A stretch of DNA of 63,077 bases, from assembly GCA_964432485.1 (NCBI GenBank), contig CAYSNP010000004.1, forward strand, positions 24,319 to 87,395, in the 5' to 3' direction. The first letter of the stretch is position 1. Each line of letters opens with the position of its first letter. The notes under the pieces were generated by a model, which was not told the origin of the DNA, did not search any database, and saw nothing but the letters and a program-made list of their open reading frames with translations. This document shows positions 21,507 to 30,810 of the stretch, piece by piece. The DNA is from an uncultured Christensenellaceae bacterium. GTDB lineage: Bacteria; Bacillota; Clostridia; Christensenellales; DTU072. The position numbers and the translations under genes are program-made.

Positions 21507-22622
21507 TTATTGCCTGCTAATCATAGATTCTGCAATAATAAGCTCCATATCGCCCCGAGTGTTCTCCGGATTATAGTAGCAATCCAGCATCCTTTCATAA
21601 GGGAGATTGTTAATCCTATCATTCATAATATTCAGCACCTTGATATTAACTTCTACCGCCCTTTTTGCGCTCATCCGCTCCGGATTGATATCAATACCAA
21701 TATACTCTGCAAACCCTGCCGCCTTTAGGGCAAGAAGTCCGGCTTCCGCTTGCTCCCATTCTACTACTCCTACATTTAAGTCTTGGTCGTAATTGCCTAG
21801 CGGCTGACTGTTAAAATGAGGATGGCTCATCCTGCCTTCACGGCAAATTCGTGAAAAAACATAAGGAGTATCTTCATAGCCCATTCGTATATGTCCTATT
21901 TCCGGTTGCATACCTACCAGGCAGAAACCTTGCTCCAGCAGGCTGCGATTGATAGGATTAGCAAGCCTTGCTTCTACATCCCTTGCAAGTAGCAATCCAT
22001 CTGCGCAAGTACGGTAAATATTGTTTGGCACAGGCTCGCAAGGCTTGGTTTCAATGCGTACCATAACGCCGGGCACTTCGTCCATAGCGTCTGCAAGTGC
22101 GCCTTCAAAATTTTCCCACATTTGATAGTATGGGTGCCCATAAGAGTAAGTATAGCCATCTATACCCGGCCAAAGCCCGCAAGCATCCGCTTCTGCTACC
22201 TTAACAAATTTAAGTATTTCAATAAGTTTTTTTGTAGCTTGGTCACGGTATTTTGCTATTGGATTGGACAGTGTGCCAAACTCAAATTCTTTATTATAAA
22301 AGGTATGAGGACCTATGCCCGATATTCTGATGCCCGTTTCTTTTTCCAGTTGTTTGTAAAGGTGAAGGTTTTCTTCGTTTATTTCTACACCATAGTGGGC
22401 TTCTATCCCTTTAACTCCGATTGCCTGCATTTCTGCTACCAGTTCAATTCTTTCCGGTATGCTAATTTCTTTACCATAAGGCTCGTGGAATCTGCTTCCT
22501 CCTGGCGATAAGTACCAAATGCCCACAGTAGGTTTGATTTCCAGCTTAAAATTGCGCAAATGTGCTAACATTTGCTCCTTGTCTCTAAATTGTTTTTGAT
22601 ATTGTAGATTTTGTAGTTTCAT
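21507..22622 (-). CDS. Xylose isomerase-like TIM-barrel sugar isomerase
   Basis: VGIW, EAH, WPGIDGY, IETKPCEP, PEIGH, HPHFNSQ, YDQDL, GID align with XylA/L-RhI motifs. Confidence 0.82.
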   Translation of the reverse strand: MKLQNLQYQKQFRDKEQMLAHLRNFKLEIKPTVGIWYLSPGGSRFHEPYGKEISIPERIELVAEMQAIGVKGIEAHYGVEINEENLHLYKQLEKETGIRISGIGPHTFYNKEFEFGTLSNPIAKYRDQATKKLIEILKFVKVAEADACGLWPGIDGYTYSYGHPYYQMWENFEGALADAMDEVPGVMVRIETKPCEPVPNNIYRTCADGLLLARDVEARLANPINRSLLEQGFCLVGMQPEIGHIRMGYEDTPYVFSRICREGRMSHPHFNSQPLGNYDQDLNVGVVEWEQAEAGLLALKAAGFAEYIGIDINPERMSAKRAVEVNIKVLNIMNDRINNLPYERMLDCYYNPENTRGDMELIIAESMISRQ

Positions 22623-22639
22623 AGTTGCCTCCTTAAAAA

Positions 22640-23560
22640 TTATTTGCTTAGCAGATATTTATTATTTAACTGCTCATAGCTTTCCAGCGTGCCCGATGCG
22701 CCTAACTTGCTCACACATTCCGCCCCTGCGGCATTGCCTAGTGCGGCGCAACCCCTTAGCGAAAGACCGTTGCAGCAAGCGGCTAAAAACCCAGCCACAA
22801 AAGCATCGCCTGCTCCCGTAGTATCTACTACCTTAGCAGGGTAAGCAGGTACTTTTAACTGATTTCCGTTTTCTGAGATCAGGCAACCATCCGCCCCCAT
22901 TTTTATAATAACCGTCCTTGCCCCGTGAATATGAAAAAAATTAGCGGCATCTTCTGCCCTTTTTGCCTTTGATAAGCTCAAAGCCTCTCTAATACTGGGC
23001 AGAAAATAATTCACATAAGCAAGAGCAGGGCGCAAAAGCTCAAAATCTTTGGCTTCTCCCGTAGTGTCTAATGCAGTTTTCAGGACAGCTTTTTGTGCTC
23101 TTTTAAGTAAATTAGCCATACCCATACCGTCTAAGGCAGGCAAATCAAAAGCGCTGCCGATATATAGGCAATCATACTGCTTTAGCGTTTCGTTACTGAT
23201 ATCTTTTTCCGCAAAGGTATGGCAAGCCCCTTTATAGGATAAAAAGCTCCGCTGCCCGTTTTTTTGAATCAGTACAGCAGAACTGGAGGTAGGCAGCTCC
23301 GCTTCAAGCACCAGATTAGTGTCCACTCCTGCGTTTGCCGCTTGCTCCATAATTGCTTGCCCTAGCATATCTTTGCCAATACGGGCAGCAAGTGCAGATT
23401 TTACGCCAAGGGCAGCCAAATTAACTGCCACATTAAAAGCGTCCCCTCCGCCTTTTAGCTCAATGGTGTCAACCTCACTGGTATCTACTTTTAAGCAAGT
23501 GTCTTCCACAGGCTTGATAAGTATATCACATACCGCAAGCCCTGCGCATAGAATCTTCAT
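22640..23560 (-). CDS. PfkB-family carbohydrate kinase
   Basis: GLAVCD, GGGDAFNVA, FLPSIRE, VDTTGAGDAF. Confidence 0.9.
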   Translation of the reverse strand: MKILCAGLAVCDILIKPVEDTCLKVDTSEVDTIELKGGGDAFNVAVNLAALGVKSALAARIGKDMLGQAIMEQAANAGVDTNLVLEAELPTSSSAVLIQKNGQRSFLSYKGACHTFAEKDISNETLKQYDCLYIGSAFDLPALDGMGMANLLKRAQKAVLKTALDTTGEAKDFELLRPALAYVNYFLPSIREALSLSKAKRAEDAANFFHIHGARTVIIKMGADGCLISENGNQLKVPAYPAKVVDTTGAGDAFVAGFLAACCNGLSLRGCAALGNAAGAECVSKLGASGTLESYEQLNNKYLLSK

Positions 23561-23573
23561 AAGCGCTCCCCCT

Positions 23574-24431
23574 TTATCCTGCCTTGCCTGCTAAGGCTGA
23601 AAACAATTTTATTTTTTCTTTTACCAATTCCTTTGCCGCTAGTTGTGCGCTTTTGAACAACTTAAAAACATTATAAGAAAACCCCGTCTCTTGTTGAGCT
23701 TTGGCCAGTTGCGCCCCGTATGCGGCAATAAACTCTGTGCAGATATTTACTTTAGCTATACCGCCTGCAATAGCTTCTGCAACCTTTTTGTCAGGCGTGC
23801 CCGAACCCCCATGCAGCACAAGGGGTATGCTCACTTGCAAAGCTATTTCTTTTAGCCTTTTTATATCAATCTTTGGGGTAGAGGTATAGAACCCATGCGC
23901 AGTACCTATAGCCACAGCCAGCGCATCTATATTAGTACGATTTACAAATTCTTTAGCTTGCAGAGGGTCGGTTAAATGCTCTTGCAAAGAGTCTATCTTA
24001 CCTTCGATGCCTATTAGCTGTCCCAGTTCTGCTTCTACAGTAGCATTGTACCCAGACGCAAGCCTAACTACTTTTTGGACAAGCGCAATATTTTCTTCCA
24101 TTGGCAACATAGACCCATCTATCATTACAGAGGTAAATCCAGCATCTAACACCCTTTCCACTTCTTCATAACTTTCTGCATGGTCAAGGTGCAGGGCTAT
24201 AGGTATAGAAAAAGATTGTGCAGTTATGGTAGCCAATTTATAGGCATTTGGATACCCATACATATAATCTCGCTCATAATGTCCTACTTGCAATATTACA
24301 GGCATGCTCAATTCCTGCGCTGCTTCTGCAACTGCAAAGGCAGAGTCAAGCGACCAAAATTCAAATGCGCCTACTGCATATTTTTGTGCTTTTGCCTGCT
24401 GCAGCATTGCTTTCATATTTACAAGTGCCAT
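23574..24431 (-). CDS. Class II ketose-(bis)phosphate aldolase
   Basis: HLDH, SVMIDGS, EAELG, LAVAIGTAHG, LVLHGGSG, KVNICTE. Confidence 0.92.
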   Translation of the reverse strand: MALVNMKAMLQQAKAQKYAVGAFEFWSLDSAFAVAEAAQELSMPVILQVGHYERDYMYGYPNAYKLATITAQSFSIPIALHLDHAESYEEVERVLDAGFTSVMIDGSMLPMEENIALVQKVVRLASGYNATVEAELGQLIGIEGKIDSLQEHLTDPLQAKEFVNRTNIDALAVAIGTAHGFYTSTPKIDIKRLKEIALQVSIPLVLHGGSGTPDKKVAEAIAGGIAKVNICTEFIAAYGAQLAKAQQETGFSYNVFKLFKSAQLAAKELVKEKIKLFSALAGKAG

Positions 24432-24443
24432 ATACCCTCCATA

Positions 24444-25652
24444 CTATAAAAGCCTTTTCCACAATAAGCTATCTTTGTTATCTTCATCAAATTGCTCATT
24501 GAAAATCAAGGTTGTCGCACCTTTTACAAATAGCTTTTCTTCATTGCATATTTCTATTTTTATATCATCTCTGGTAATAAAATCAGTGCGCTCGAATACC
24601 TTTTGCATTAGGCGATTTTCTAGAGCGGGGAAGCTAGGCAAGAAAGTAGAGTCCAGCACAATAAGTTCAGGGTCGTATGCCTTTATTATATTATCTATAC
24701 TTTGCGCAATATAATCTGTTGCTTGCTCCAATAATTGCATGCTAAACGCATTTTGATTTTTGGCAGACTCAATTATCCAAGCCATATCCAGCTCCGCCTT
24801 AGCAATTTTGTCTAAGCCCTTCTGCTTTTCTGCTTGTGCTTTGGCATAGCTGACTATCCCTAAATTAGAGGCATATAACTCAACACACCCAAAATTGCCG
24901 CAACTACATTGTTCGCCGTTAGGATTGATGCTAATATGCCCAATCTCACCTGCAAAATATCTGCTCCCTCTATATACTTTGCCATCTATTGTTATACCTA
25001 TTCCAATCCCTTCTACGGTAGAAAGATATACAATATTGCTATTAGTTCTATTTGATTTTAAGTATAAAACATTGGCATTGTTATCATTGTCCACAAGCGT
25101 GGGCAAGCTCATTTTTTTGCCCAGAAGCTCACCCAGAGGGATGTTCTTCCACCCTTTGATATGCGGCAATTCCAATATTACTCCTCTTGCAAAGTCAACA
25201 GGACCGGGCACAGATACTCCAATCCCGGCAATATCTTTTTTTTCAATACCGCTCTTTTCAATAATGCAGTGTATTTTGTCCGCTAAAACTTGTACTACTT
25301 CTTCTATTGAGTTATCGGCAAGTTTGAATTTTTCGCTACTGCAGCTAGCTTGCCCAAAAGCAAAATCAAATATGCCAATGCTAATCTGCTCAATACCGAT
25401 AGATACCCCTATTGTATACAAGCTCTTAGGATTTAAGCCATATATTGCCGCTTTTCTGCCTCCGGTAGAGATAGCAAGCCCATTATCTAATACAATTTCT
25501 TGAGCCAGCAGCTCATTGACAAAAGCATTTATAGTGCCTGCTGTAAGCACAGTCTTTTCCCTTAGCTCCTGCTTGGTAAGTTTACCGTGCCGCCTAAAGC
25601 AATCCAGTACCTCTAACATATTTTTGCGCTTAACTAAACTGGTAACTGCCAT
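24444..25652 (-). CDS. ROK-family transcriptional repressor (NagC/XylR-like)
   Basis: N-terminal wHTH plus STGGRK; GVSVPGPVD, VDNDNNA, GEIGH, CSCGNFGCVE. Confidence 0.92.
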   Translation of the reverse strand: MAVTSLVKRKNMLEVLDCFRRHGKLTKQELREKTVLTAGTINAFVNELLAQEIVLDNGLAISTGGRKAAIYGLNPKSLYTIGVSIGIEQISIGIFDFAFGQASCSSEKFKLADNSIEEVVQVLADKIHCIIEKSGIEKKDIAGIGVSVPGPVDFARGVILELPHIKGWKNIPLGELLGKKMSLPTLVDNDNNANVLYLKSNRTNSNIVYLSTVEGIGIGITIDGKVYRGSRYFAGEIGHISINPNGEQCSCGNFGCVELYASNLGIVSYAKAQAEKQKGLDKIAKAELDMAWIIESAKNQNAFSMQLLEQATDYIAQSIDNIIKAYDPELIVLDSTFLPSFPALENRLMQKVFERTDFITRDDIKIEICNEEKLFVKGATTLIFNEQFDEDNKDSLLWKRLL

Positions 25653-25695
25653 TTTTTATACCCTTATTCAACAACTTAATGCAAGTGTTATAATA

Positions 25696-25724
25696 AGTTT
25701 ATCATAGCATTACAAAAATGTCAA
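25696..25724 (-). promoter_or_regulatory. sigma-A promoter of the ROK operon
   Basis: Minus strand TTGACA, 17 nt, TAAACT with extended TG. Confidence 0.6.
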
Positions 25725-25737
25725 TAGCTTTTTTTTA

Positions 25738-25774
25738 TTTAACATAAGGTATTTTCTTTAACATAAGCTATTTT
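25738..25774. repeat. Tandem direct repeat TTTAACATAAG(G/C)TATTTT with 19-nt period, candidate operator
   Basis: Two copies, 17 of 18 nt identical, at 25738-25755 and 25757-25774, between the two divergent promoters. Confidence 0.6.
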
Positions 25775-25837
25775 GCCGACAATAAGGCATTGCATTTTCT
25801 TAAAACAATTAAAGCACTTGTTATTTGGCAATAGGTC

Positions 25838-25866
25838 TTGACATAATACACTCAAGCTAATACAAT
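25838..25866 (+). promoter_or_regulatory. sigma-A promoter of the GPH transporter
   Basis: TTGACA, 17 nt, TACAAT. Confidence 0.75.
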
Positions 25867-25915
25867 GATAAGAAGGTTCTTTTATTTTTAAGAAAAAAGT
25901 TTTACGAGAGGAAAT

Positions 25916-27457
25916 ATGAATAGCATAAAACAAGAAAACACTAAGCAAAACTCTGTCCAAAAACTCTCCAATAGGAATCTTTTGATGTTTTCATTAGGGA
26001 CTTTTGGCAGAGATTTTGTCTATTGCTTATTTGCCGCAAATTTAATTAACTTTATATTATATACCAAGCAGTTGACAGAAGTGCAATTCGGCGCTGTTAC
26101 CGCTATTATTATCGGCGCAAGGCTGTTTGACGCTTTTAATGACCCTATTATGGGCGGCATTGTAGAAAATACCCGAACAAAATGGGGCAAGTTTAAGCCC
26201 TGGCAGCTTATTGGCTCAATCACTACGGGGATAGTAATTATAGCGTTATTTACCAATGATTATCAAGGCAGCTCTTTTGTATGGTTCTTGGGTATTATTT
26301 ATTTTTTGTTTAGTATTACCTTTACTATGAATGATATTTCTTATTGGGGGATGTTGCCTTCGCTTTCCAGCAATGAGCACGATAGAAGCAAGCTAACAGC
26401 AGTAGCTCAAATAGTAGCAGGCGCAGGCGGAGCTTTGGCAGGTGTAGCTATCCCTCTTTTTACTATTGGCAAATCTGCAATAGGCGGCAATGCCGTAACA
26501 GGATATAAGGTGATTTCAATTGTGTCCGTATTGCTAATGATTGCTTTTCAAATGTTTACTATATTGGGAGTAAAGGAAAAGCCTTTAGCACCTATCTTAG
26601 AGAAAAAGGATAAGCTCACCATAAAGCAAATGTTTACTACATTAGCAAAAAATGACCAGCTAATGTGGATAACAATAATAACCTTACTTTTTTGCATAGG
26701 CACAGGAGTAGTGGATGGAGGTCTTAACACTACTTATATTTACTTTGAATTTGGTTACGAAGGCTTGCTAATTACCCTTTTTGGCATCGTGTTTGCGGCG
26801 ATAAGCGGTGTCTTTACAGTAACTTACCCTTGGATAGAAAAGAAATTCTCCAGAACAAAACTGATATATACAACAGGCATAGCTTTAATTGTGGGCTATA
26901 TGCTAATGCTTATTTTTGGATTAATTCTGCCTTCTGGGGCACCAAATACTGCAGCTTGGTATGCCAAATTCATAGTTATGGCTTTAATTAATGGTATAGT
27001 AGGTTTTGGCAGAGGTTTTTATATGATAATGATTATTTCTATTGCCAATACCGTAGAATATAACGAGTACAAATTCGGTAAGCGTGAAGAAGGGCTGATT
27101 TTTTCCTTGCGTCCTTTTACTGCAAAGCTATCCAGCGCAATTTCTCAAGGATTGGTAACGGTAGTATATATTGTGGCAGGGGTGCTAACCTATACTAATA
27201 AAATTTCTGCATTGGAAAACGAAGCAGCTCAAAACATAATTTCTGAAGAAGTAAAGACGGGTAAAATTAAGGATATTATCAGCACTGTTTCTGCAGATGC
27301 AAAAAAAATGTTGTTAGTGTGTATGTGCTTGATTTGCATGTCAATTATGGCTGTGGCATTATTTATTTATAAAAAGAAGTTTACTTTAGACGAAGCTACA
27401 TACTCAAATATTCTCAGAGAGCTAGAGGCAAGGAGAGCTCAAGAAGAGGATAGCTAA
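25916..27457 (+). CDS. MFS glycoside-pentoside-hexuronide (GPH/MelB-like) transporter
   Basis: ARLFDAFNDPIMG, TRTKWGKFKPW, DISYWGM, NTVEYNEYKFGKREEG; about 12 hydrophobic segments. Confidence 0.9.
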   Translation: MNSIKQENTKQNSVQKLSNRNLLMFSLGTFGRDFVYCLFAANLINFILYTKQLTEVQFGAVTAIIIGARLFDAFNDPIMGGIVENTRTKWGKFKPWQLIGSITTGIVIIALFTNDYQGSSFVWFLGIIYFLFSITFTMNDISYWGMLPSLSSNEHDRSKLTAVAQIVAGAGGALAGVAIPLFTIGKSAIGGNAVTGYKVISIVSVLLMIAFQMFTILGVKEKPLAPILEKKDKLTIKQMFTTLAKNDQLMWITIITLLFCIGTGVVDGGLNTTYIYFEFGYEGLLITLFGIVFAAISGVFTVTYPWIEKKFSRTKLIYTTGIALIVGYMLMLIFGLILPSGAPNTAAWYAKFIVMALINGIVGFGRGFYMIMIISIANTVEYNEYKFGKREEGLIFSLRPFTAKLSSAISQGLVTVVYIVAGVLTYTNKISALENEAAQNIISEEVKTGKIKDIISTVSADAKKMLLVCMCLICMSIMAVALFIYKKKFTLDEATYSNILRELEARRAQEEDS

Positions 27458-27478
27458 ACTCCAAGCTACTACATTAAT

Positions 27479-27510
27479 AAGGAAGCCTAAAAAAAGGTTT
27501 CCTTTTTTTT
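27479..27510 (+). terminator. Intrinsic terminator
   Basis: AAGGAAGCCT, A6 loop, AGGTTTCCTT, then a T-run. Confidence 0.65.
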
Positions 27511-27587
27511 ATAATAATTAGCCTAAAAAAAGGTAGCTTATTAAGCTATAAGTGCATATATCCCCTTTTTTTCCGCAAGATTATAAT

Positions 27588-28121
27588 ATGGATATTTACT
27601 CAATAGGCCATTCTACTCATAGCAAGCAGGAGTTTTTATCGATTTTGCATTATTTTTGCATAAAGGTGCTAGTTGACGTGCGCTCTTACCCCGGCAGCAG
27701 GCATGTCCCTCATTTTAGCAAACAAAGTATGCCTTTTTGGTTAAATGAGCAAGGTATCAGCTACGTGCATATCCCAAAGTTGGGAGGGCGCAGACGAAAA
27801 GGGCAACTGCAAGATTCTTCACTGATAGCGGGCTGGGATAATGAGGCCTTTAAGAACTATTCTGCATACACTTTATCAGACGAATATGAGCAAGGTTTGC
27901 TTGAACTATTATATATTGCTAAGGATAAGCAGGCATGTATAATGTGCGCCGAAAGTGTGCCTTGGCGCTGTCATAGGATGTTGATTTCTAATAGTTTAGT
28001 GGTAAGGGGAGCTCATGTGCTGCATATAATGGATAAATATAAGGTAGAAGAGCATCAACTGGACAAATACGGTGCAAAGACCAGCATACAAGGAGAAAGA
28101 ATAATTTATCCAAAAATTTAG
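27588..28121 (+). CDS. DUF488 family protein (alternative GTG start 27552)
   Basis: IYSIGHS, LVDVRSYPGSR, LGGRR, MCAE...CHR. Confidence 0.82.
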   Translation: MDIYSIGHSTHSKQEFLSILHYFCIKVLVDVRSYPGSRHVPHFSKQSMPFWLNEQGISYVHIPKLGGRRRKGQLQDSSLIAGWDNEAFKNYSAYTLSDEYEQGLLELLYIAKDKQACIMCAESVPWRCHRMLISNSLVVRGAHVLHIMDKYKVEEHQLDKYGAKTSIQGERIIYPKI

Positions 28122-28211
28122 GCTCTTTACCTGTAAAACAATAGTAAAAAAATAATCTTTTGCAGCAATTTATTATATAATGGAAAAATAATTATTTTTA
28201 CGGAGATACAT

Positions 28212-30662
28212 ATGAAGATAGTAATTGTTGGCGGTGTTGCCGGCGGGGCTACTGTTGCGGCACGCCTTAGAAGATTAAGCGAAGAGTATGAAATAATAAT
28301 ATTAGAACGAGACTCCTATATATCTTATGCCAATTGCGGACTGCCATATTATATTGGCGATGTGATAACTGATAAGGAAAAACTGGTAGTTCAAACTCCG
28401 CAGGCTATGGGGATGCGTTTTAATTTGGATATACGCACAAAGCACGAAGTGCTTAGCATAGATAAAGCTAATAAAAAGCTGCTTGTAAAGAATCTTGAGA
28501 GTGGAGAGGATTACGAGCAAAGCTATGATAAGCTAATTCTTTCTTGCGGAGCAAAACCGCTTAAGCCGCCAATCAAAGGGCTTGACAGGGCGCAAAATGT
28601 CTTTACTTTGCGCAATATTCCTGATACATTTGCAATAAAAGAGTATATTCAAGCTAATAATGTTAAAAAAGCGGCAGTTATTGGCGGCGGATTTATTGGC
28701 GTAGAAATGGCAGAAAATCTGGCTAAGCTAGGCATAGAGGTCAGCTTAATAGAAAAATTGCCTCAGGTTTTAAGGCAGCTAGACTTCGAAATGGCGCAGT
28801 TTGTGCATGCCGAGCTTTGCGGTAACGGCATAGAATTGATTTTGTCAGACCAAGTTGAGGCTTTTGCCGATAAAGGGCGCACCATAGTGTTAGGAAGCGG
28901 CAGAAAAATAGCTTGCGATATGGCTGTGTTGGCCATTGGGATTGCTCCGGATAATATATTGGCAAAATCAGCAGCTCTCAAGCTGGGCGATTTTGGGCAT
29001 TTGCAAGTGTCGGAGACTTTTAATACTTTTGATAAGGAAAGCGGAGCTAAAGAGGCGGATATATATGCCATTGGCGATATGATAGAGGTAGTCAATCCAC
29101 TGGATAACAGCACTTATGCTGTAAGTCTTGCTTGGGGAGCAAATAGGCAAGGCAGGCTACTTGCCGACCATATTTTTGGCAGTAAAATCAAGGCTAGTAA
29201 GATTTTAGCTACTAATGTAATAAGCGTCTTTGAGCTTACCGCTGCCGGCACAGGAGCTAATGAGGAAACATTAAAAGCAAAAGGCATACCTTACAAGGCT
29301 ATCCATGCGCATCGCTCTAACCATGCCAGCTATTATCCGGGCTCTTTTAATATTTCGCTAAAACTTTTATACGAAGAAAAGACCGGCAGAATATTAGGTG
29401 CGCAAGCAGTAGGCAGGGCAGGTACAGAAAAGCGTATAGATACAATTGCTACGGCAATGCGTTTTGGCGGCACTATTTTTGAGCTAAGCGATTTGGAGTT
29501 TTGCTATGCTCCGCCTTATTCGTCTGCCAAAGACCCCGTCAATATACTAGGCTACATTGGCGAAAATATTGAAGCAGGCGCATACAAGCCTGTTTACCAT
29601 TACCAAATTGATGAAATAGCAAAAAATGGTGGCTATATTTTAGATGTCAGGACTCCGATAGAATATAATAATGGCAAAATTGAGGGCTCTATCAACTTAG
29701 AAGTTGACTCTTTGCGGCAAAATATTGATAAGATTACCTTGTCTAAAGACGCTCCTCTTTATGTAACTTGCCAAGTTGGGCTAAGGGCATATATTGCTAT
29801 AAAAATCTTAAAAGCGCATGGTTTTACCAATCTTTACAACCTTTCGGGCGGGTATTTAACTTATAAAATGTATCATTATCAGCCTATTGTAAATAAAAAG
29901 TTAAGACATATAGAAGTCAATGACTTACAGCAAAAGAAAGAAGTAAAAGAAATAGATGTAACAGGTTTGCAATGCCCGGGTCCGCTAATGGCAACGTATA
30001 AAGCGGTAGAAGCACTTGCCACAGGCGAAAAAGTTCGCATTTTAGCTACTGACACCGGTTTTGCCAATGATATTGAAAATTGGTGTCAAACGAACGGTCA
30101 TATATTAGAAGGGTTAAAGACTGAGGGTGGCAGAATTGTAGCAACTATTGCAAAAGGCGACGAAAGCAGGGGCATATTAGGCGCAATAGATCAAAGGAAT
30201 GCCACAATTGTAGTATTTAGCGGAGCGCTAGATAAGGTGCTGGCTGCTATGATTATAGCGCAAGGCGCGGCGGCTCAAGGCAAAAATGTTACCATGTTCT
30301 TTACCTTTTGGGGACTTAATGCGCTAAGAAGGTCAGAAAAAGTTAAAGTAAAAAAGAGCGCAATGGAAAAAATGTTTGGCACTATGATGCCAAAAGGTGC
30401 GGACAGACTGCCTTTATCTTCTATGAATATGGCAGGCATGGGAGCAAAAATGATAAAAGGCATTATGAAAAAGAAAAATGTGGACTCCTTGCCTCAAATG
30501 ATAAAGCATGCTCAAGCAGCCGGAGTGCGTATGATAGCTTGTACTATGAGCATGGACCTGATGGGTATCAAAAAAGAGGAGCTTATAGACAATATTGACT
30601 ATGCAGGCGTAGCAACTTATATCAGCAAAAATGAAAATGTAGGCACCACTTTATTTATCTAA
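28212..30662 (+). CDS. CoA-disulfide/persulfide reductase fused to rhodanese, TusA/SirA and DsrE-like domains
   Basis: GGVAGG, SYANCGLPY, GGGFIG, YAPPYS; LDVR...CQVGLR (rhodanese); DVTGLQCPGP (TusA); FFTFWGL and ACTMSMDLMG (DsrE2). Confidence 0.9.
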   Translation: MKIVIVGGVAGGATVAARLRRLSEEYEIIILERDSYISYANCGLPYYIGDVITDKEKLVVQTPQAMGMRFNLDIRTKHEVLSIDKANKKLLVKNLESGEDYEQSYDKLILSCGAKPLKPPIKGLDRAQNVFTLRNIPDTFAIKEYIQANNVKKAAVIGGGFIGVEMAENLAKLGIEVSLIEKLPQVLRQLDFEMAQFVHAELCGNGIELILSDQVEAFADKGRTIVLGSGRKIACDMAVLAIGIAPDNILAKSAALKLGDFGHLQVSETFNTFDKESGAKEADIYAIGDMIEVVNPLDNSTYAVSLAWGANRQGRLLADHIFGSKIKASKILATNVISVFELTAAGTGANEETLKAKGIPYKAIHAHRSNHASYYPGSFNISLKLLYEEKTGRILGAQAVGRAGTEKRIDTIATAMRFGGTIFELSDLEFCYAPPYSSAKDPVNILGYIGENIEAGAYKPVYHYQIDEIAKNGGYILDVRTPIEYNNGKIEGSINLEVDSLRQNIDKITLSKDAPLYVTCQVGLRAYIAIKILKAHGFTNLYNLSGGYLTYKMYHYQPIVNKKLRHIEVNDLQQKKEVKEIDVTGLQCPGPLMATYKAVEALATGEKVRILATDTGFANDIENWCQTNGHILEGLKTEGGRIVATIAKGDESRGILGAIDQRNATIVVFSGALDKVLAAMIIAQGAAAQGKNVTMFFTFWGLNALRRSEKVKVKKSAMEKMFGTMMPKGADRLPLSSMNMAGMGAKMIKGIMKKKNVDSLPQMIKHAQAAGVRMIACTMSMDLMGIKKEELIDNIDYAGVATYISKNENVGTTLFI

Positions 30663-30681
30663 AAAAAAAAGTGCAAAAATC

Positions 30682-30713
30682 AACCCTTTGCTAGTTTGGC
30701 AAAGGGTTTTTTT
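30682..30713 (+). terminator. Intrinsic terminator
   Basis: AACCCTTTGC, 7-nt loop, GCAAAGGGTT, then a T-run. Confidence 0.85.
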
Positions 30714-30810
30714 GTGTAATCTAATAAAAAAAAGAAAATTTGGATGTTGATAAATTTGTAAAAATATATTATTATAGTTTTACTTTACTAAGGAGAAAAA
30801 TTAATGAGTT

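Noticed and set aside
21507-22622. Calling the isomerase xylA and the cluster a standard xylose operon
   Set aside because: Active-site motifs deviate from XylA, there is no FGGY xylulokinase, and a class II aldolase is not part of the XylAB route.
24895-25503. 202-aa plus-strand ORF
   Set aside because: Antisense shadow of the ROK gene with no SD or recognisable motif. The same applies to the other short overlapping ORFs in the track (e.g. 62587-63057, 10212-10679, 11812-12249).
18957-27457. Canonical sulfoglycolysis cluster
   Set aside because: No GH31 sulfoquinovosidase, YihS-type isomerase, sulfolactaldehyde reductase/dehydrogenase or TauE exporter. Sulfoquinovose is kept only as one candidate substrate.
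27484-27533. Direct repeat AGCCTAAAAAAAGG (two copies)
   Set aside because: The first copy is the terminator arm and loop, and the second is a low-complexity partial duplicate. No further structure.
27582-27590. Leaderless start for the DUF488 gene (TATAAT directly before ATG)
   Set aside because: Zero spacing is incompatible with a TSS at the ATG, and there is no -35 at 17 nt.
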